Part shown: in pieces, positions 10,551-23,370 of the stretch | Layout of the letters: each line of letters starts with the position of its first letter | How positions within the stretch are numbered: position 1 is the stretch's first letter | DNA from: Bigelowiella natans CCMP2755 | Taxonomy: Eukaryota; Protista; Cercozoa | NCBI GenBank assembly: GCA_000320545.1 | Contig: ADNK01003381.1 | Coordinates: forward strand, 5,772 to 69,771 | Direction of reading: 5' to 3' | Length of the DNA stretch: 64,000 bases | Translations under genes and position numbers: made by a program | Notes under the pieces: generated by a model | What the model was told of the DNA's origin: nothing | Databases searched by the model: none | What the model saw: only the letters and a program-made list of their open reading frames with translations

Positions 10551-12529
10551 TCAAAAGTGGATTTCTCCGAATAAGCAAGGAGACGTTTCTTCGCCTCCTC
10601 CTCCTCCTCCTCCTCCTCCTCCTCCTCCTCCCCGCCCATTCTCAGGCCCATCCCCGCTGTAATAAGAGAGTTGGTCGAGAGCTACATCCAGCTCGCTGCT
10701 CACAAAGCAGTCCCTGATGTCGGGAATAACAACTCCCACGTTGCAGCAATCCCCAAAGCCATAATGCCCACTTGCGTAATCCGTAGCAGCGTCGTCGTCA
10801 TCCATCATCGAGTCGAAACTTCCATTTGAATCTAACCGAGGGAGCTCTCGCCCTGTGCCCCGGATCGGCATGTCGCCAGCACGAGCTCTTGCCTCCGGAG
10901 AGTCAATGTTAGCTGTACGGTTCCTGCTGCTATCGAACCTCGCTAGTTTATGGGCTTTTCCATCGGCGGTGCCGCGGATGGGATTTATCACCGCAGCAAT
11001 GTTGCGTTTATTCTGATGGGCGCGGATTCGGTTCAATGACAGGTCGCAGACCTGTTCCACGATGCTCGACGCCGCCTCCATCGTGCTCTCCCCAGTTGAG
11101 GAAGTGCTGAAGGAATTAACGTCGGGAGAAGTCCTGGCCATCTCTCGTAGGAAGGAGGAGCGAAGTTCCCACCCCTCCTCATTGTGCAGACCTTTGCCGT
11201 CGTTGAAATCAAACAGCCCCGCATCTTTATGCCAACCGAAAGGATTAGTTGCGGCGCTGGTTCTTCCTTCTCTAGGCTGTCGAACAGGATCAGCAACAAG
11301 CTGCATGGTCGGTAGCAGTGGCATACTGCGAGTATGAGCTGCCTCAGGGGAGGCAGGTACATGCATCGGTTGTCGCAGCTCAGGCCTCTCGGAACCCTCC
11401 TTGAGCGGTGAGGAGGAGGGAGACCGCCCACTCCGATCTTGCTTCTTTTGCTTCGTCGTCTTCCGACGATTGACTGCTCTCTTCCTCCTCCTCTGGCACT
11501 TTTTGTTGTTGTTGTTGGTGGTGGTGGTGCTGCTGCTTCGAGGGAGGTCAGATCTCCCGACCGAAGAAGAGGAATCTGAGAAATTCAGCTGTAGCGGCGA
11601 CATCAAGGTCTGCGAGGAGAGACGGTGTGGGGATGGCGTCTCAGACGGAGTCCAAGATTGAGGAGAACTGCCGGCCGCAGGGCGTGAGGCAGAATGAGCC
11701 GCTACTGTAGCCTCTTGAAGCAGCCTCTGCATCAGCCCCTCGTGAGACTTTTGAGGGGTGTTTGTTGCAGCATCCTTGGTGGGCTTTGAAGGATTCTGCT
11801 GCTCGCTCCTATTTCGCCTGGGGATATTGAGAGTCTCCCTAACCTTGTTTAGATATCGTTGGTTCTCGTTCTTATATCGGACCTGGTCTTGCTGCGCGAG
11901 GTCGTAATATGGCTGACGGGCCAAAAACACAATCAAGCTTCGAAACGGGGTATAAATTCGAGATGTATTGGTGATTTATGGAGGAATAGAGTACGAATTT
12001 TGCCAGCGGGCAGTCGTAGGGCATCATCGGAAACTCTCACAAAACTGTTTAAATTTCAGGATCTATTTCGTAGGATCTCTCGCTTCAATGACAACACCTT
12101 ACGCTCCAAGCACGACAGGCCCTTCCAAATCTTTCCGATCGATTTAGCCAAGCACTGGCGCGGCATCTGGCAGTTATGTCCCATTTAAAATTAATTTAGG
12201 TTCAAGCTATCGATAAATTAGGGAAGATATATGAGTTCTGAATAGCAACCTCGGGTTTGTTCACGTACGAGCGCATCATGATAACCTGAAAGAAATTGTA
12301 GGCCGTTTTGGCAGCCCTTGGAGGGAGAAACAGGGGAAGGGATGTTAAATGTCAATGATCTGAATGAACGACGAGAAGAGGAAAGAACTTCTTTACGTAA
12401 GCTACATCGAAAGAAGTAATCGACAGGAACACTGGTTTACTTTGGGGGCTTTGCCTTTTCCTTGCGCTTGCTCGCCTTCTTTCGAAACTTCGGCCTATTT
12501 GACTGAGCGGAACTGCTTGAGTCTGGCAT
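10551..12529 (-). CDS. HMG-box protein with a long Ser-rich C-terminal tail (multi-exon; more 5' exons possible)
   Basis: Spliced pieces form an HMG box: KPPK|AAKTAYNFFQ ... MPRQCLAKSIGKIWKGLSCLERK|PYYDLAQQDQVRYKNENQRY. Large last exon ~10551-11915. Confidence 0.8.
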
Positions 12530-14339
12530 CTGTAAATCGAAATGTAAAGCGTTATCGCTCATCAAAATTACCAAAACTGTTCCTCGCTGTTCCGACTAGC
12601 GGCTTGCACCGACCAACTTCGAGGGTTACACAGCTAGAGAGGTGGACTCAACCTGTTGGAGAGGAGCGATCGAAGATACTTGCTGATGTGTGACGTTGCT
12701 GAGCTCTGTTGCTCGGGCTGCAGGATGACGTTGAGAGGCCAGATGGAGGAAATCCGGATTGTTGAGTGAGGAGGGGGTTGGTAAGGTTTTCCTCTGTTTA
12801 CCCGTAAATCCGAGACACCGAACGCGGGCCATTTTTGCCAGATACCGCTTTCTTATGATAAATTCGGTATAAAATACATTCCCTTTTCGTGATCTCGGGC
12901 TTGCTGCTGCTACAAACCTCTAAAGTCCTTCCTGCAGTGGAGCACTACACAGCAGTCAGCCACGTCACAACCCGACTGGATTTTTGCGCTCATAGAAAAA
13001 CAGAGGAAAGCAGGCGAGTCGGCCTTGTCTCTTCTGCCTAAACGCCTGACTTTCTCACTCGATTGACGCGTCACGTAGATATTTCCTGGGCGGAAACTCT
13101 CCTGGCATTAAATCAGTAGAAGCAAATGGGAGTCCATTTTGTAATTGCTGTGCTGAGATATTTGAATACGGTACCGCGAATAACGAGAAACCGTCCCATA
13201 TACATCTGGGCGGAATCGCCTAAAATCGGACTTTGATCTCCCCTAATAACTTCCATACCCCTCGTGCTCGACCTGATGTGGGGGCGCTTTTCTTCGGCGA
13301 TTTTACCTTAGACTAGGCTGTCCACAGCTCATCATCTTGGACTGCGGGTGACCGTGGCCAGGTCGCGGTTTAGTACTTTGCAGTAATTTCCAGCTGTGCT
13401 CGCAGGAGCAAAACCCTCTGCGACTTGTCGGCGGCGCCTTTTCCTTCCTAAAATTGAGGGATGAGAGACCACTGTGAAAAGCTGATGATGGTGATGCACG
13501 ATGCAGACAGACACGTGCGCTAAACGTGCCAGACCTTGACGCAGAGCGACAATGAGAAGAATGCTAGTTACACTCATCCTAGAACATTCTGGGAGAGCAA
13601 GCTTTCTTTGCTAAACGGCGGTATGAAAAAACAATTTCGGCCACTGTGGCTGCTTGCGCGCACACAATCGCCGCTATTTTTTTCCTAGCACGTATCTGTA
13701 GATATTCCCCCAACAAAATTTGTGTGAAATTTCACAAAATATTTTTACAAATGTGAGTGAAGTTTCTCGCATTATATTTGTTCTAAAATGCTAAGCGCAA
13801 TCTCGGGTCAGACCGAGCAGGTTGATGTGGCCTGGGAAGGCCCCGCGCGGTGATCGTAGACCAGCTACTTTCCCTCTCTACCCGTGAGGGGGGATTCGGC
13901 AAGATGCAGAGTCTCTGCACTTTGCTTGTGCTCTCCTTGCCTGGAGGGGGAAGCAGGGCAGCCGCAATAACGCCACATGGAATCGGGTGACGAGAGAAGG
14001 CGATTTTGGGCCAGAGTATGGAACATCTGATTTATTTGCTTTTTGTAGTGGCAAGAGCTCTCGGGTGCCTTCATTCACGATGGCTCATGGGGACGTCCAA
14101 TACTCAGCGCTTCGTGTGAGGCGAAGGTGACTCATATTCTGACTTTGGGTGCAGCAGTACTCTGGGGCTGTGCAAAGGGCCCAGTTGCTCACTCAATTCC
14201 TACTAAGAATGCGTTTTCACTCGCACCAATATATTAGAATGCCCCCCTCCCACGCGCGGGACATTTACACCGACGAATACGACTCGTAAGCCTCCTCATT
14301 CAAATCCTCGTCCCCTCCCCTGCTCTCCTAAATACCCTG

Positions 14340-15508
14340 AAAGACGAAACCGTTTCTCTCTTCCGAGGCGCGAAGATAACAACACTTTTTACGACATGGC
14401 AGATGGGATAAGCTCAAGTACCAAGGCGATGACGAGGAAGCACGCGCTGCAAGGTCCGTTGTCCGTGAACAGTATTGTAAGATAACATTCTAAGCTCAAC
14501 TCCTTTCGATACTCGCCCCCCCGCCCCTCCTATCCTATGTAATGTCCTCTCCAGAATCCGATACGAAAACCGGATGAGGCTGAAGAAGATGGTTCAGAAA
14601 TGGGTGGTACCGTCGATGGTAAGACGCACCTACACACACACACACACACACACGCACGCACACACACACGCACACACACAAAATACTTCAGCTATCTACA
14701 TATTATATTAGAATTGTAGTCGTGCAAAAATTTATCGCTATATAGACCGTGCGACTTACGCTAGTAGCTACATGAGAATAACGCCGCTGATCGGTGCTTT
14801 CGAATATGGCCTCCTCTTAGATTGGGATCACAATTCTAAATGCCGTCGCGGACATCGGTACTTTCGCATACAAACACGCACACACAGCCGCAAAATAATT
14901 TGAAATAACACGACCTATAATATTCGAGGAGGGGGGGGGGAGTACTAAAACGATATGAGATCTTACCACCCCTTTCTCTTCCGCGATATTACTTGACGAT
15001 AACGAATGCTATTGCGACAACATCAGCCACTTCGTCACAAAGAAGTTCCGCGCCGTTTCCCCTGGTAATCGACAACGAATCCGCGGCAAGATATAGCTGG
15101 GACAGTAGCTTTGGAGAAACAACAACAGCAATAGATTTAGAAAATGCATGCCAAATCGAGCAAAGTAGCATTGGCGCTGGGGATAACCATCATATATTCA
15201 TCGTTGCTACGATGTCAATATATCATACATTCCCCTGCTAAGAAAGTGGCATTATCATCAGGCAAGCGTGGAAGGAGGGGGGGAGGGTGGCTCGTCCGGC
15301 TGGTATGCTGATGTCGGCGGAACCCCAATACGGGTAAACTGAGGAGCTGTGTAGTTGTCATGTGCACACTTTCTGCTGTTGATCGTAAATCAGAGGATCA
15401 GGGGGATGATGCATTCGCTGACAATCATTTACGTATACATACCTTTAGAATATGATGCCCATCTAAACACACTCGCACACAAACACACGCACGCGCGCGC
15501 GCACATAA

Positions 15509-15570
<62 letters not shown>

Positions 15571-16963
15571 ATATGTACATAATATTTATCATTATCAGAT
15601 CAGCAAAGGTGGCTCTGGCGGGGGCAGTAGTAGCGGTACATACTTTACCAGCAGATATAAAACGGACCCACGCCCCCCCCCCCCCCACACCCTCATTAGA
15701 TCACGGCCTGAGAAAGACATCCATGGTCACAGGTGGCGGTAGTTCAGGAAGCTCTCAGCTTAACGAATACGGAGGACATGGGGGAGATGTCCCCCCCCAT
15801 CCCCCACGTTCTAGAGGTAGCAGAACTACTGATATGAGCAAAATCACTAGAATCCCCCCTTCCCCCCCCCCCCCCACTTCCTCTCCCTCAATCTCCTCCC
15901 GCACACTTTCAAAAATAAAAACCATTGGAACCTTACGACCTCGAGCGCGCTGCTGCTGCCGTCTCCTCCCAATCGGGCATTTAGGCTAAGAAGCGGGAAG
16001 AGGAGGAGCGGGCAAGGCGAGAGGAGGAGGAAGAGGCGATTCGGAGGCAAATCAAGAGAGACAAACAACGCTATCGAAACGTCGCGGTAAGCAGGGAGAT
16101 TGAGAAAAATGCTGGATCACACGGGGAAAGAAAGGAATAGGAAAAGCTCGCTATACAGCCGTCCCCACACTCTTCTCCCGTTTCTCTCGTATCTTTTCGA
16201 GGCGAGAGGGGAGGGTGGGGGGGGGGGCTGTATCGAAGGCATGCGAAAGAAGCATACACCATCGCATATATTTGCAACGGCCCATTGATGGCTTTGAACT
16301 ACTATTTTGTTGTTGATGATGTGCTGTTTAGGTCGCGAGCATGACCGTTGCTGCAGGTTTCGCAGGGACGAATTGGCTCCTCGTAAAGCTCGAGAAGGAA
16401 GGGGTAAAGAAACGACGAGTATAGAGGAGAAAAACAGAATCGAAGTGCATTTTTTGGAGGGCAGTGAATCTCCGCGGCTATGAAGAAGGCTGCATTTATT
16501 CCATACTTTTTGCTTTGAATGTGTTCAAAATAAGGGTGTTTTTCCACAGAGATACGTCTGCATCCATTGTCACTTTCGATTGGACGCGGGAGTGTGTAGC
16601 TTTATTTGATTTTTCCTTCGTATTAGTACTCTGTATTTGGAAATCGCGGGCGCCGTCCTCCTCCAATTATCGGTAACTCGCGAAGATCTTCTTCCTCCTC
16701 CTCATCATCATCATCATGGACAAACAAGCAACAGCAGCAACGGCGGCAGCAGAATCCCCCCCCGCGACATCAAACTCCTCGGTAATGGATAGCGATGGTT
16801 ATTCTCATTGCTTTGCTTTCTTAAACACTGATGCATTGAATCTATTGCAGCGCCTCAGCAGCCACGTCGCCATCCTCTTCCTCAGGGGGAGGGGGCGGTG
16901 GATATAGGAGCGAGTTCCGATTCCCTTCATCACCTGCAGAAAGAGGTAAAAGCAGGCATTCCC

Positions 16964-16997
<34 letters not shown>

Positions 16998-17319
16998 GCA
17001 CACGTCCGCTATGAGCGGTACCAAAGGCCGAGGGGATGGAATCACAGCAGCAACACACGACAAAACTTCGTCGTTCCATAGGACAGCAACTTCCTCAAGG
17101 CTAAACCACGCCTCGGCCCTTGGCGGAGCACAAAAGAACAAGAACAAGCAGAAGGGCAAGGACTACAATCCGACGGGAACAGCCAGTAAAACGACGGGCG
17201 CTGCTAGTGGTAGGAAGAAGAAAAAGAAGTCCGGCAGTGCCAAAAAGAGTAGCTCGGAGAATAAGAAGCTGACGCCCAAGGCAAAAATGAAATTGAGAAA
17301 GAAGTTGGTGTCGCAGTAG
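14340..17319 (+). CDS. Multi-exon hypothetical protein with hydrophobic segments and a Lys-rich C terminus
   Basis: Phase-consistent exons WDKLKYQGDDEEARAAR|IRYENRMRLKKMVQKWV|IGITILNAVADI, then AKKREEEERARREEEEEAIRRQ, VASMTVAAGFAGTNWLLVKLEKEG, and last exon ...KAKMKLRKKLVSQ*. Start not defined. Confidence 0.5.
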
Positions 17320-17429
17320 GACATCGCCAAGGATGTGCAGCCAATCGTTGATCAAGTGGAGTAGTTTTTGAGTGCTTATGTAGTTTTTGCGCTCTCCTAA
17401 ATTAGGACTAAGAGTCATTAGAATAGCTG

Positions 17430-17910
17430 CCAATGATCATGGCGACACGATGCGATGCGATGCGATGCAAGGAAATGCAAATGTCGCCTGGCATGCTGCA
17501 GGCGTGCACGCACTGAACACATGCTCAGTCGAAAGTCCAACATGAAGCTGCCTTGCTTGTGAAACGCAGATGATCACTTGATGTGCAAATGGAGCAGGCT
17601 AGGAGGGACATGGATGATTGAATTCGTGTTGTTCGTGTTTCTGCCAACATTTCGCATGCTAGCACGTGCACTGCGCATGTAGACAACAACAGCGGATTTC
17701 GTACATCTAGACATGCTAGCATGCCATTTGCTCCATGCATTTAGCGATGTCGTACATGCTAGCATCCATGTGCAACATGCCAGCTCACATGGAACACAGT
17801 CAAGCGGTGCGCACTAGCGAGGCACTTGGCGGTCCATCAGCTCCATTGCTAGATTAGGCGCTTCCATTCTGTGCAAATGGCTCCGTGTGCGCCTGCTCCA
17901 CTGCTACATG
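17430..17910. other. CATG/CTAG-rich intergenic block B
   Basis: Lies between convergent stop codons (17319 + and 18019 -); repeated gcatgc, acatgt, catgctagc. Confidence 0.8.
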
Positions 17911-18018
17911 TTACAGGTGAGTAATGAGAGAAAAGATCAAAACTGCGTATGATGTGTCGAAACTGTTAAACACAAGCGCGATATCTTCCGAGGAATTCCA
18001 AAAGCCTGACAAGCCTCG

Positions 18019-20340
18019 TCAATTAATTCCAGGTTCCTTCTTTACTCTTATGGTAGATTCCTATACAACGATAGAGAACAAATTGTTTGCGTTCAACGTT
18101 TAATATTAAATCTAAGCCAATCGGAAACACAGAAAACACACTAAACACTGTATCTTTAAGAGCTTTCCACTATATTGAGAAGAAATTTCGGAAAGTTGTT
18201 GTGGACGAGTGGATGATTTTGTCGATAATAAGCATGTATGAATGAATATTGAACACTAACTAGTGTTTGAAAGAGGCTGTCTGTGAGGGATGGAGCGAGC
18301 ACAGAAAATCATTTCAGAATATATTCATTTATTTCGAGTAACTTTATTCATGATTTATAAACGTTAACCTTCTGCCCCTTTCGCCACAGATAATGTGTTT
18401 TGAGCTAAAGCTGAAGTGTTCATAGATGAGGAGCTGCTTGAGGAGCTGCTTGATGATATATTTGGTGGGTAGAGCCTAGCTGGATAGTCTTTACCTCGCC
18501 GCGACCCATCTTTATCCAGGAGCTCCGCTACGTCTATGCGTCTATTGATTCTCAAAATGATTTTCCCGCATATATATATTATAGATTCACCTTTGGTCTT
18601 CTCTGGTTTTTTAATTTGAATTTTGGCGAGATTATCAATTTTTGAGAAGGAAACTAATAAGCCCGGATCTTCAAACGCTACTGGTTCATTATCATGTGGA
18701 ATGGTGTCCCTCGTTCTCCTGCTTACTCGGAACATAGCCGTTGAACGAACACCATTAATGTAGAGATATGTATTCTGATTTTTTACACTTACGAATGAGT
18801 CAGGTTTTAAGTTTAATGTCAATGTACTTTCGTATTTCATGTCACTGGGTCTATTTCTTGGGGCACTCTGATTTGTTCCTATGCTTGGGCGCTGTGAGGC
18901 GGAATATGATGAGCTCCGAGAAGAATCTAGTCGTGAAAATTGGTTCTCATCATTGGTGCTGGAATTTTTTTTCCCACTTTGAGCCTCATTTCTAGCTCCG
19001 TTAAGGTGCTCCTTGAAGGGCTGAAGCAGCTCTGTGGAAACGATACCTGCCTTCTCCGCATCCTATAATATGAATTCGAAAGCAGTGATCACGGACCTCA
19101 TTGCATCATGAATTAAGAAGTGCTAATGAATGGTGGTAAGCTAAATCATGAGCAATATGATGGTGTGAAATCATCAAAACCTCTATTCCGTGACGTAGGG
19201 CACACACGGAGTCATTTCTTATCGCGCTCCTCATATTCAATAGGAGTTCTAATTGCATGGACATCTTCGTCTTGGCCAGAATTGCCCGTGCCACAGCCTG
19301 GAGCGTTAATACGCTTTCCAATTCTATTTGCTGACAATCGCTCTCTGCTTCCTGACCTATTTCCAAGAGTTGACTTTTTGAGTCTTGATGTAGGTCCCAC
19401 GAAGAATCTTGAAACGTGACTGAGCCACAATGAAATGCTTCCCTATGTCTCTTGCTATTAGGTATTTTGTTGCCTTCATCACACCGAAGCTGATTTCGGA
19501 TTCTGTGGTGCCCATTGCCAGCAATCCTCGTTTTTCTTCTTTTATTACTCTAGTGAGTCCTTGTGAATCTTCATAGGACCGTTTAGTTGGCGGGAGCAGG
19601 AGCGTTGTGTCTTTCTCATTGCTCATTGGAGAGCTTAGCCATTCACATTGCTCAGATGCATTCGGATAAGTGATCCAGTTATTATCTCCTGGAGTATGCA
19701 CTTGTTCATCCTGAGATGCTAAGGGCAAATCAAGGGGGGAAAGGTCCATTGGTTGTAGGGAAGGTTTTTGAAAAGTGTCCACTGAGCTAAAGGAAGTGAC
19801 CGTGCCACTTCGTGACAACTCATGCTGATTCCAATGTCTCCAAAAACACACACGGCTGCTTCCCCAGAGAGTCAAACACAACATCTTGTCGCACATCCAG
19901 AATGTAAGCGTTGAGAAAATGTTTTCAAGCATCAAAATCCATGACGAAAGCTAGCATTTAAAGCATCTGACAGTTTTTCATTGTCGCACTGGGGCAGGTT
20001 CGGCGATTCCAGCATTTCTGCATGAGGTGAACAAAATGTAATTGAGCACGCTTTGTCAATCGCTGTGCCAACCTCCATGGCAACTGATGCAACTCCAAAA
20101 TATCTCCAGCAACAAACACGACTGATTTCCTCAGAAAACCCACACATTACCTTGTCGCGCATCCACAAATGCGACTGTGGAGAAGCATGTTTTAGTGACA
20201 ACATTGGAATCCAGGACGAAAGGTCAGCAACGGACAGTTTTTCGGTTGTCGCACTAGGTGAAACAAGCCAAGTGCAAATAGTGCTGCTTCTACCTCAGAG
20301 AGCGGAAGAGGCGTGTCCGAAGAAAAATGTCTCAAAAATA
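18019..20340 (-). CDS. Unannotated domain-X family gene, copy 1 (5' part appears degenerate)
   Basis: Exon 18364-18840 (MKYE...NTYLYING...DPGLLVSFS...YICGKIILR) is homologous to 46935-47600 and 52696-53430. Last exon 18019-18060 reads ESTIRVKKEPGIN*. Confidence 0.65.
19838..20258. repeat. Degenerate tandem duplication, period ~265 bp
   Basis: Aligned anchors cttgtcgc(a/g)catcca at ~19885/20151 and gacagttttt...ttgtcgcact ending near 19990/20255. Confidence 0.75.
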
Positions 20341-20850
20341 TCGCTTTCATTGTGCATTGCTCTGCTCAACCGCACAGAAAATGAATGTGTTATTTGGCTT
20401 GCGACATGAAATATGTTGTGACGTGAGCAATGATTGCACAGTCGGAGAGGATGAAAATGGTTCCCGATTTCGATTGGATTTCGTTCTGTGCAAGATGTAA
20501 ACTTCAATGCACATGTGTTTTGTGCACAGCCTATGACACCTTGTATTTCGCATCTAATCTTACGATGTATCCTGCTCCTATCTCATGGATTGATCCGTAT
20601 CTTCTGATACATAATTAATCGATACTTACACCTCCTCTTCCACGTTAGACAAAGAAGGTCCCATCGAGAAAATTTGACTCAAAAAATTACTATCCCCGTA
20701 GCAACATTGTGTGCTGAAAAACTCGTATCAATGGAGGGGGAACTGGTATCGCCATCAGCGTGCAAAACTAAAGAAAGACCATCAACCAGAAAACAAGGTT
20801 CTTATAATTTCTTTTCTGTGCAGGCTACAGATAGTGCTAAAAAACCTACA

Positions 20851-21540
20851 ATGCACCCTAAAACTCTATTCGATGCTGCCCGAAGAGGAGACATGGATGT
20901 GATACAACATCTAGTGGAAATTGAAAAGACCAACGTTGAGGCCAAGGATCACAGTGGATATGCACCTCTCCACCTTGCGGGAATTGACGGTCGTGTTAAC
21001 GGTGTGCGCTACCTTGTGGAGAAGGCAAACGCTAACGTTGAGGCCAAGGACAACGATGGAACGACACCTCTCCACGGTGCTGCATCTAATGGCCATGTTG
21101 ATGCGGTGCGATCCCTTGTGGAGAAGGCTAACGCTAACCTTGAAGCTAAGGGTAACAACGGATACACATCCCTCCACTGGGCTGCTTATAATGGCCATAT
21201 TGATACGGTGCGGTACCTAGTGGAGAAGGCCAATGCCAACGTCGAAGCCAAGATTAACGTTGGATGGACATCCCTCCACTGTACTGCTTGTAATGGCCAT
21301 ATTGATATAATGCAGTATCTTGTGGAGATGGCCAACGCAAGCGTTGAGGCCAAGGATCACAATGGATATACTCCTCTCCACCGTGCGGCAATTGATGGTC
21401 ATGTTGACGGTGTGCGTTACCTTGTGGAGAAGGCAAACGCTAACGTTGAGGCCAAGGATTATGGTGGATATACATCCGTCCATTATTGTAAGGTGTACGA
21501 TTTTTTCGTGAAGACAGTGAATACCGATGTCGAGGCCTAA
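20851..21540 (+). CDS. Ankyrin-repeat protein (~6 repeats; further exons likely)
   Basis: 33-aa repeats G.TPLH.AA..GH.D.V.YLVEKANANVEAKD within ORF 20674-21540; a donor-like gtacga near 21493 suggests the gene continues. Confidence 0.93.
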   Translation: MHPKTLFDAARRGDMDVIQHLVEIEKTNVEAKDHSGYAPLHLAGIDGRVNGVRYLVEKANANVEAKDNDGTTPLHGAASNGHVDAVRSLVEKANANLEAKGNNGYTSLHWAAYNGHIDTVRYLVEKANANVEAKINVGWTSLHCTACNGHIDIMQYLVEMANASVEAKDHNGYTPLHRAAIDGHVDGVRYLVEKANANVEAKDYGGYTSVHYCKVYDFFVKTVNTDVEA

Positions 21541-22329
21541 AACGGTCATGGATTGACGCCGCTAAATTCTGCGGGAAGTTATATTGTCGAAAGTTATACA
21601 GAGGTCCACAGTAACCTTTTCTACTTTTTGTGTGAGTTTCAAATTGCGGACTATGATCATTTGATAGGTTATTCGCACTTGTGAGGAAAGGACCGAAGAG
21701 GTGGGGAAACAGCCAGTGGCTGAGTATATAAGAAAACTAGAGGATTTAAGAGGATTCAAAAAAGACTGATTTAGATTTAAACAGCATATTTTCATGATGA
21801 TTTTTGCTATCAATAACTAAGGCTCTTGTAGTTACATTTTCATTGCAAGTAGATAATATATAGAGTCAGAAATGGGGGAAGCAAATATGGAAAGAGTCGA
21901 TTGAGATAGGGAGGAGAAAGAAAGGGGAAGATAAATATATTACTTAATAATCTATCATACTTATTTGTCAAAATACTAAATTAACAAAGCTCAGTCTCCA
22001 ATGGTCAAAACTCCTTATTATTTCTATTGCATTACAGAAAGGAAATGAGGACTCAGAGTGTTCACATTCATCTTAGAAATCATTGGAAAATCGCCATTGG
22101 TCTGGACTACAATGAGCATGTCTGGTTGTATCGCATCCTTGCTTAGCCTGGTTGCAACTCCAGAGCTGTTACATTGTAGGTGTTTGCTTTAGTTTTTATC
22201 GTAAGTGTTGTTACTAAGGCTCTGGGAAGCGCTTTTAAGTGCTTCAATAGGAACTATCGAGAGTTCATCGATGCGCATTCAAGCACGCACTGATACAGAA
22301 CTTATCTTTTGAATGAAAACTCATGTTCA

Positions 22330-23000
22330 AAATCACATTCATACTTCTAGACTTTGTGCGACCATGTGAACTTGGCGAACATCATGGCAACATAGCACGT
22401 CTGAGGTAATCTAGCAACAACCACAATGATCGCCACAATCATTGTGCCTAGCGAGGCATAGAAGCTCTTGGATGGCTAGCATGTGTTTCAAGCACTCTGA
22501 TCACTTCTAGCAATGCAATGTGCTCATGTCGGGATTCATTTCAAGATGTACTTGAGGTTTACAAGCAGGCTATGCAGCTAGCTCTAGAGCTGCACAGTGA
22601 TGGCTAGATAGCACATGTGTGCAAGCGCCTGGCATGCATATTAGCATAGCTTGCACTTTCTTATGCACGTTTTGCACAGCTGTGTGGCATTCCCTTCATT
22701 GCTCATGTGCGTGTAACATGCTCGCATGTGTCTGATGTGTGAACGTCCAAGCTACACTAGTACAGGTGCTCGCTAAAATGTTGCGCTTTCATCACGTTGC
22801 ACATCTAACATCATTGCTAGATTGCATGCGTAGAGCGGTGTTAGGTTCTGAGTACGTCATGAAGTGAGGATGATCCATGTCGCATGATGCATCATTTCGA
22901 ACGGAATGCCCTTCGTATTCATCGAACACATCTAGACACCTCTAGATCTAGACATCTAGACATTTGATTTCGATTGCCCGAGATCCAAACAAGCAAAGTC
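22330..23000. other. CTAG/CATG-rich intergenic block C
   Basis: For example atctagacacctctagatctagacatctagac (~22930-22965); lies between convergent genes. Confidence 0.8.
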
Positions 23001-23370
23001 AGCATGGTCACAGAAGTGTCTAAGTTCCACAGGACAGTGTGAATGAAAATAGCCAATGCGAAGCCTGCATCAAACCTACCTTATCGGCCAAGTCTTTGCA
23101 TCGTATTAGGATCGAAAAGAGGCTGTTTGCTCTTCGGTTTGTGTCTCGAATCAGGGCTGACGTTGAGGGGCTCAGGAAGGCAAGGAAAGCGCTTAAGTTT
23201 CACATATCTGAACATAAAAATGAGGTGTATCACAGTGAGCATAATATGCGCGTACGTACCCTATTTACCCATTTGCAAATAGCAACGATTTCTTGCTAAA
23301 ACTGTGGTGCTGTGTGTATCATATTGTGTGCTTGTAGCAAAGCGCACTTACTTATTAGCGTCGCGCTCCG

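Noticed and set aside
19860-20210. F-box interpretation of the duplicated ENIFS...SRVC.W peptide
   Set aside because: Spacing is much longer than the F-box consensus and the frames are broken.
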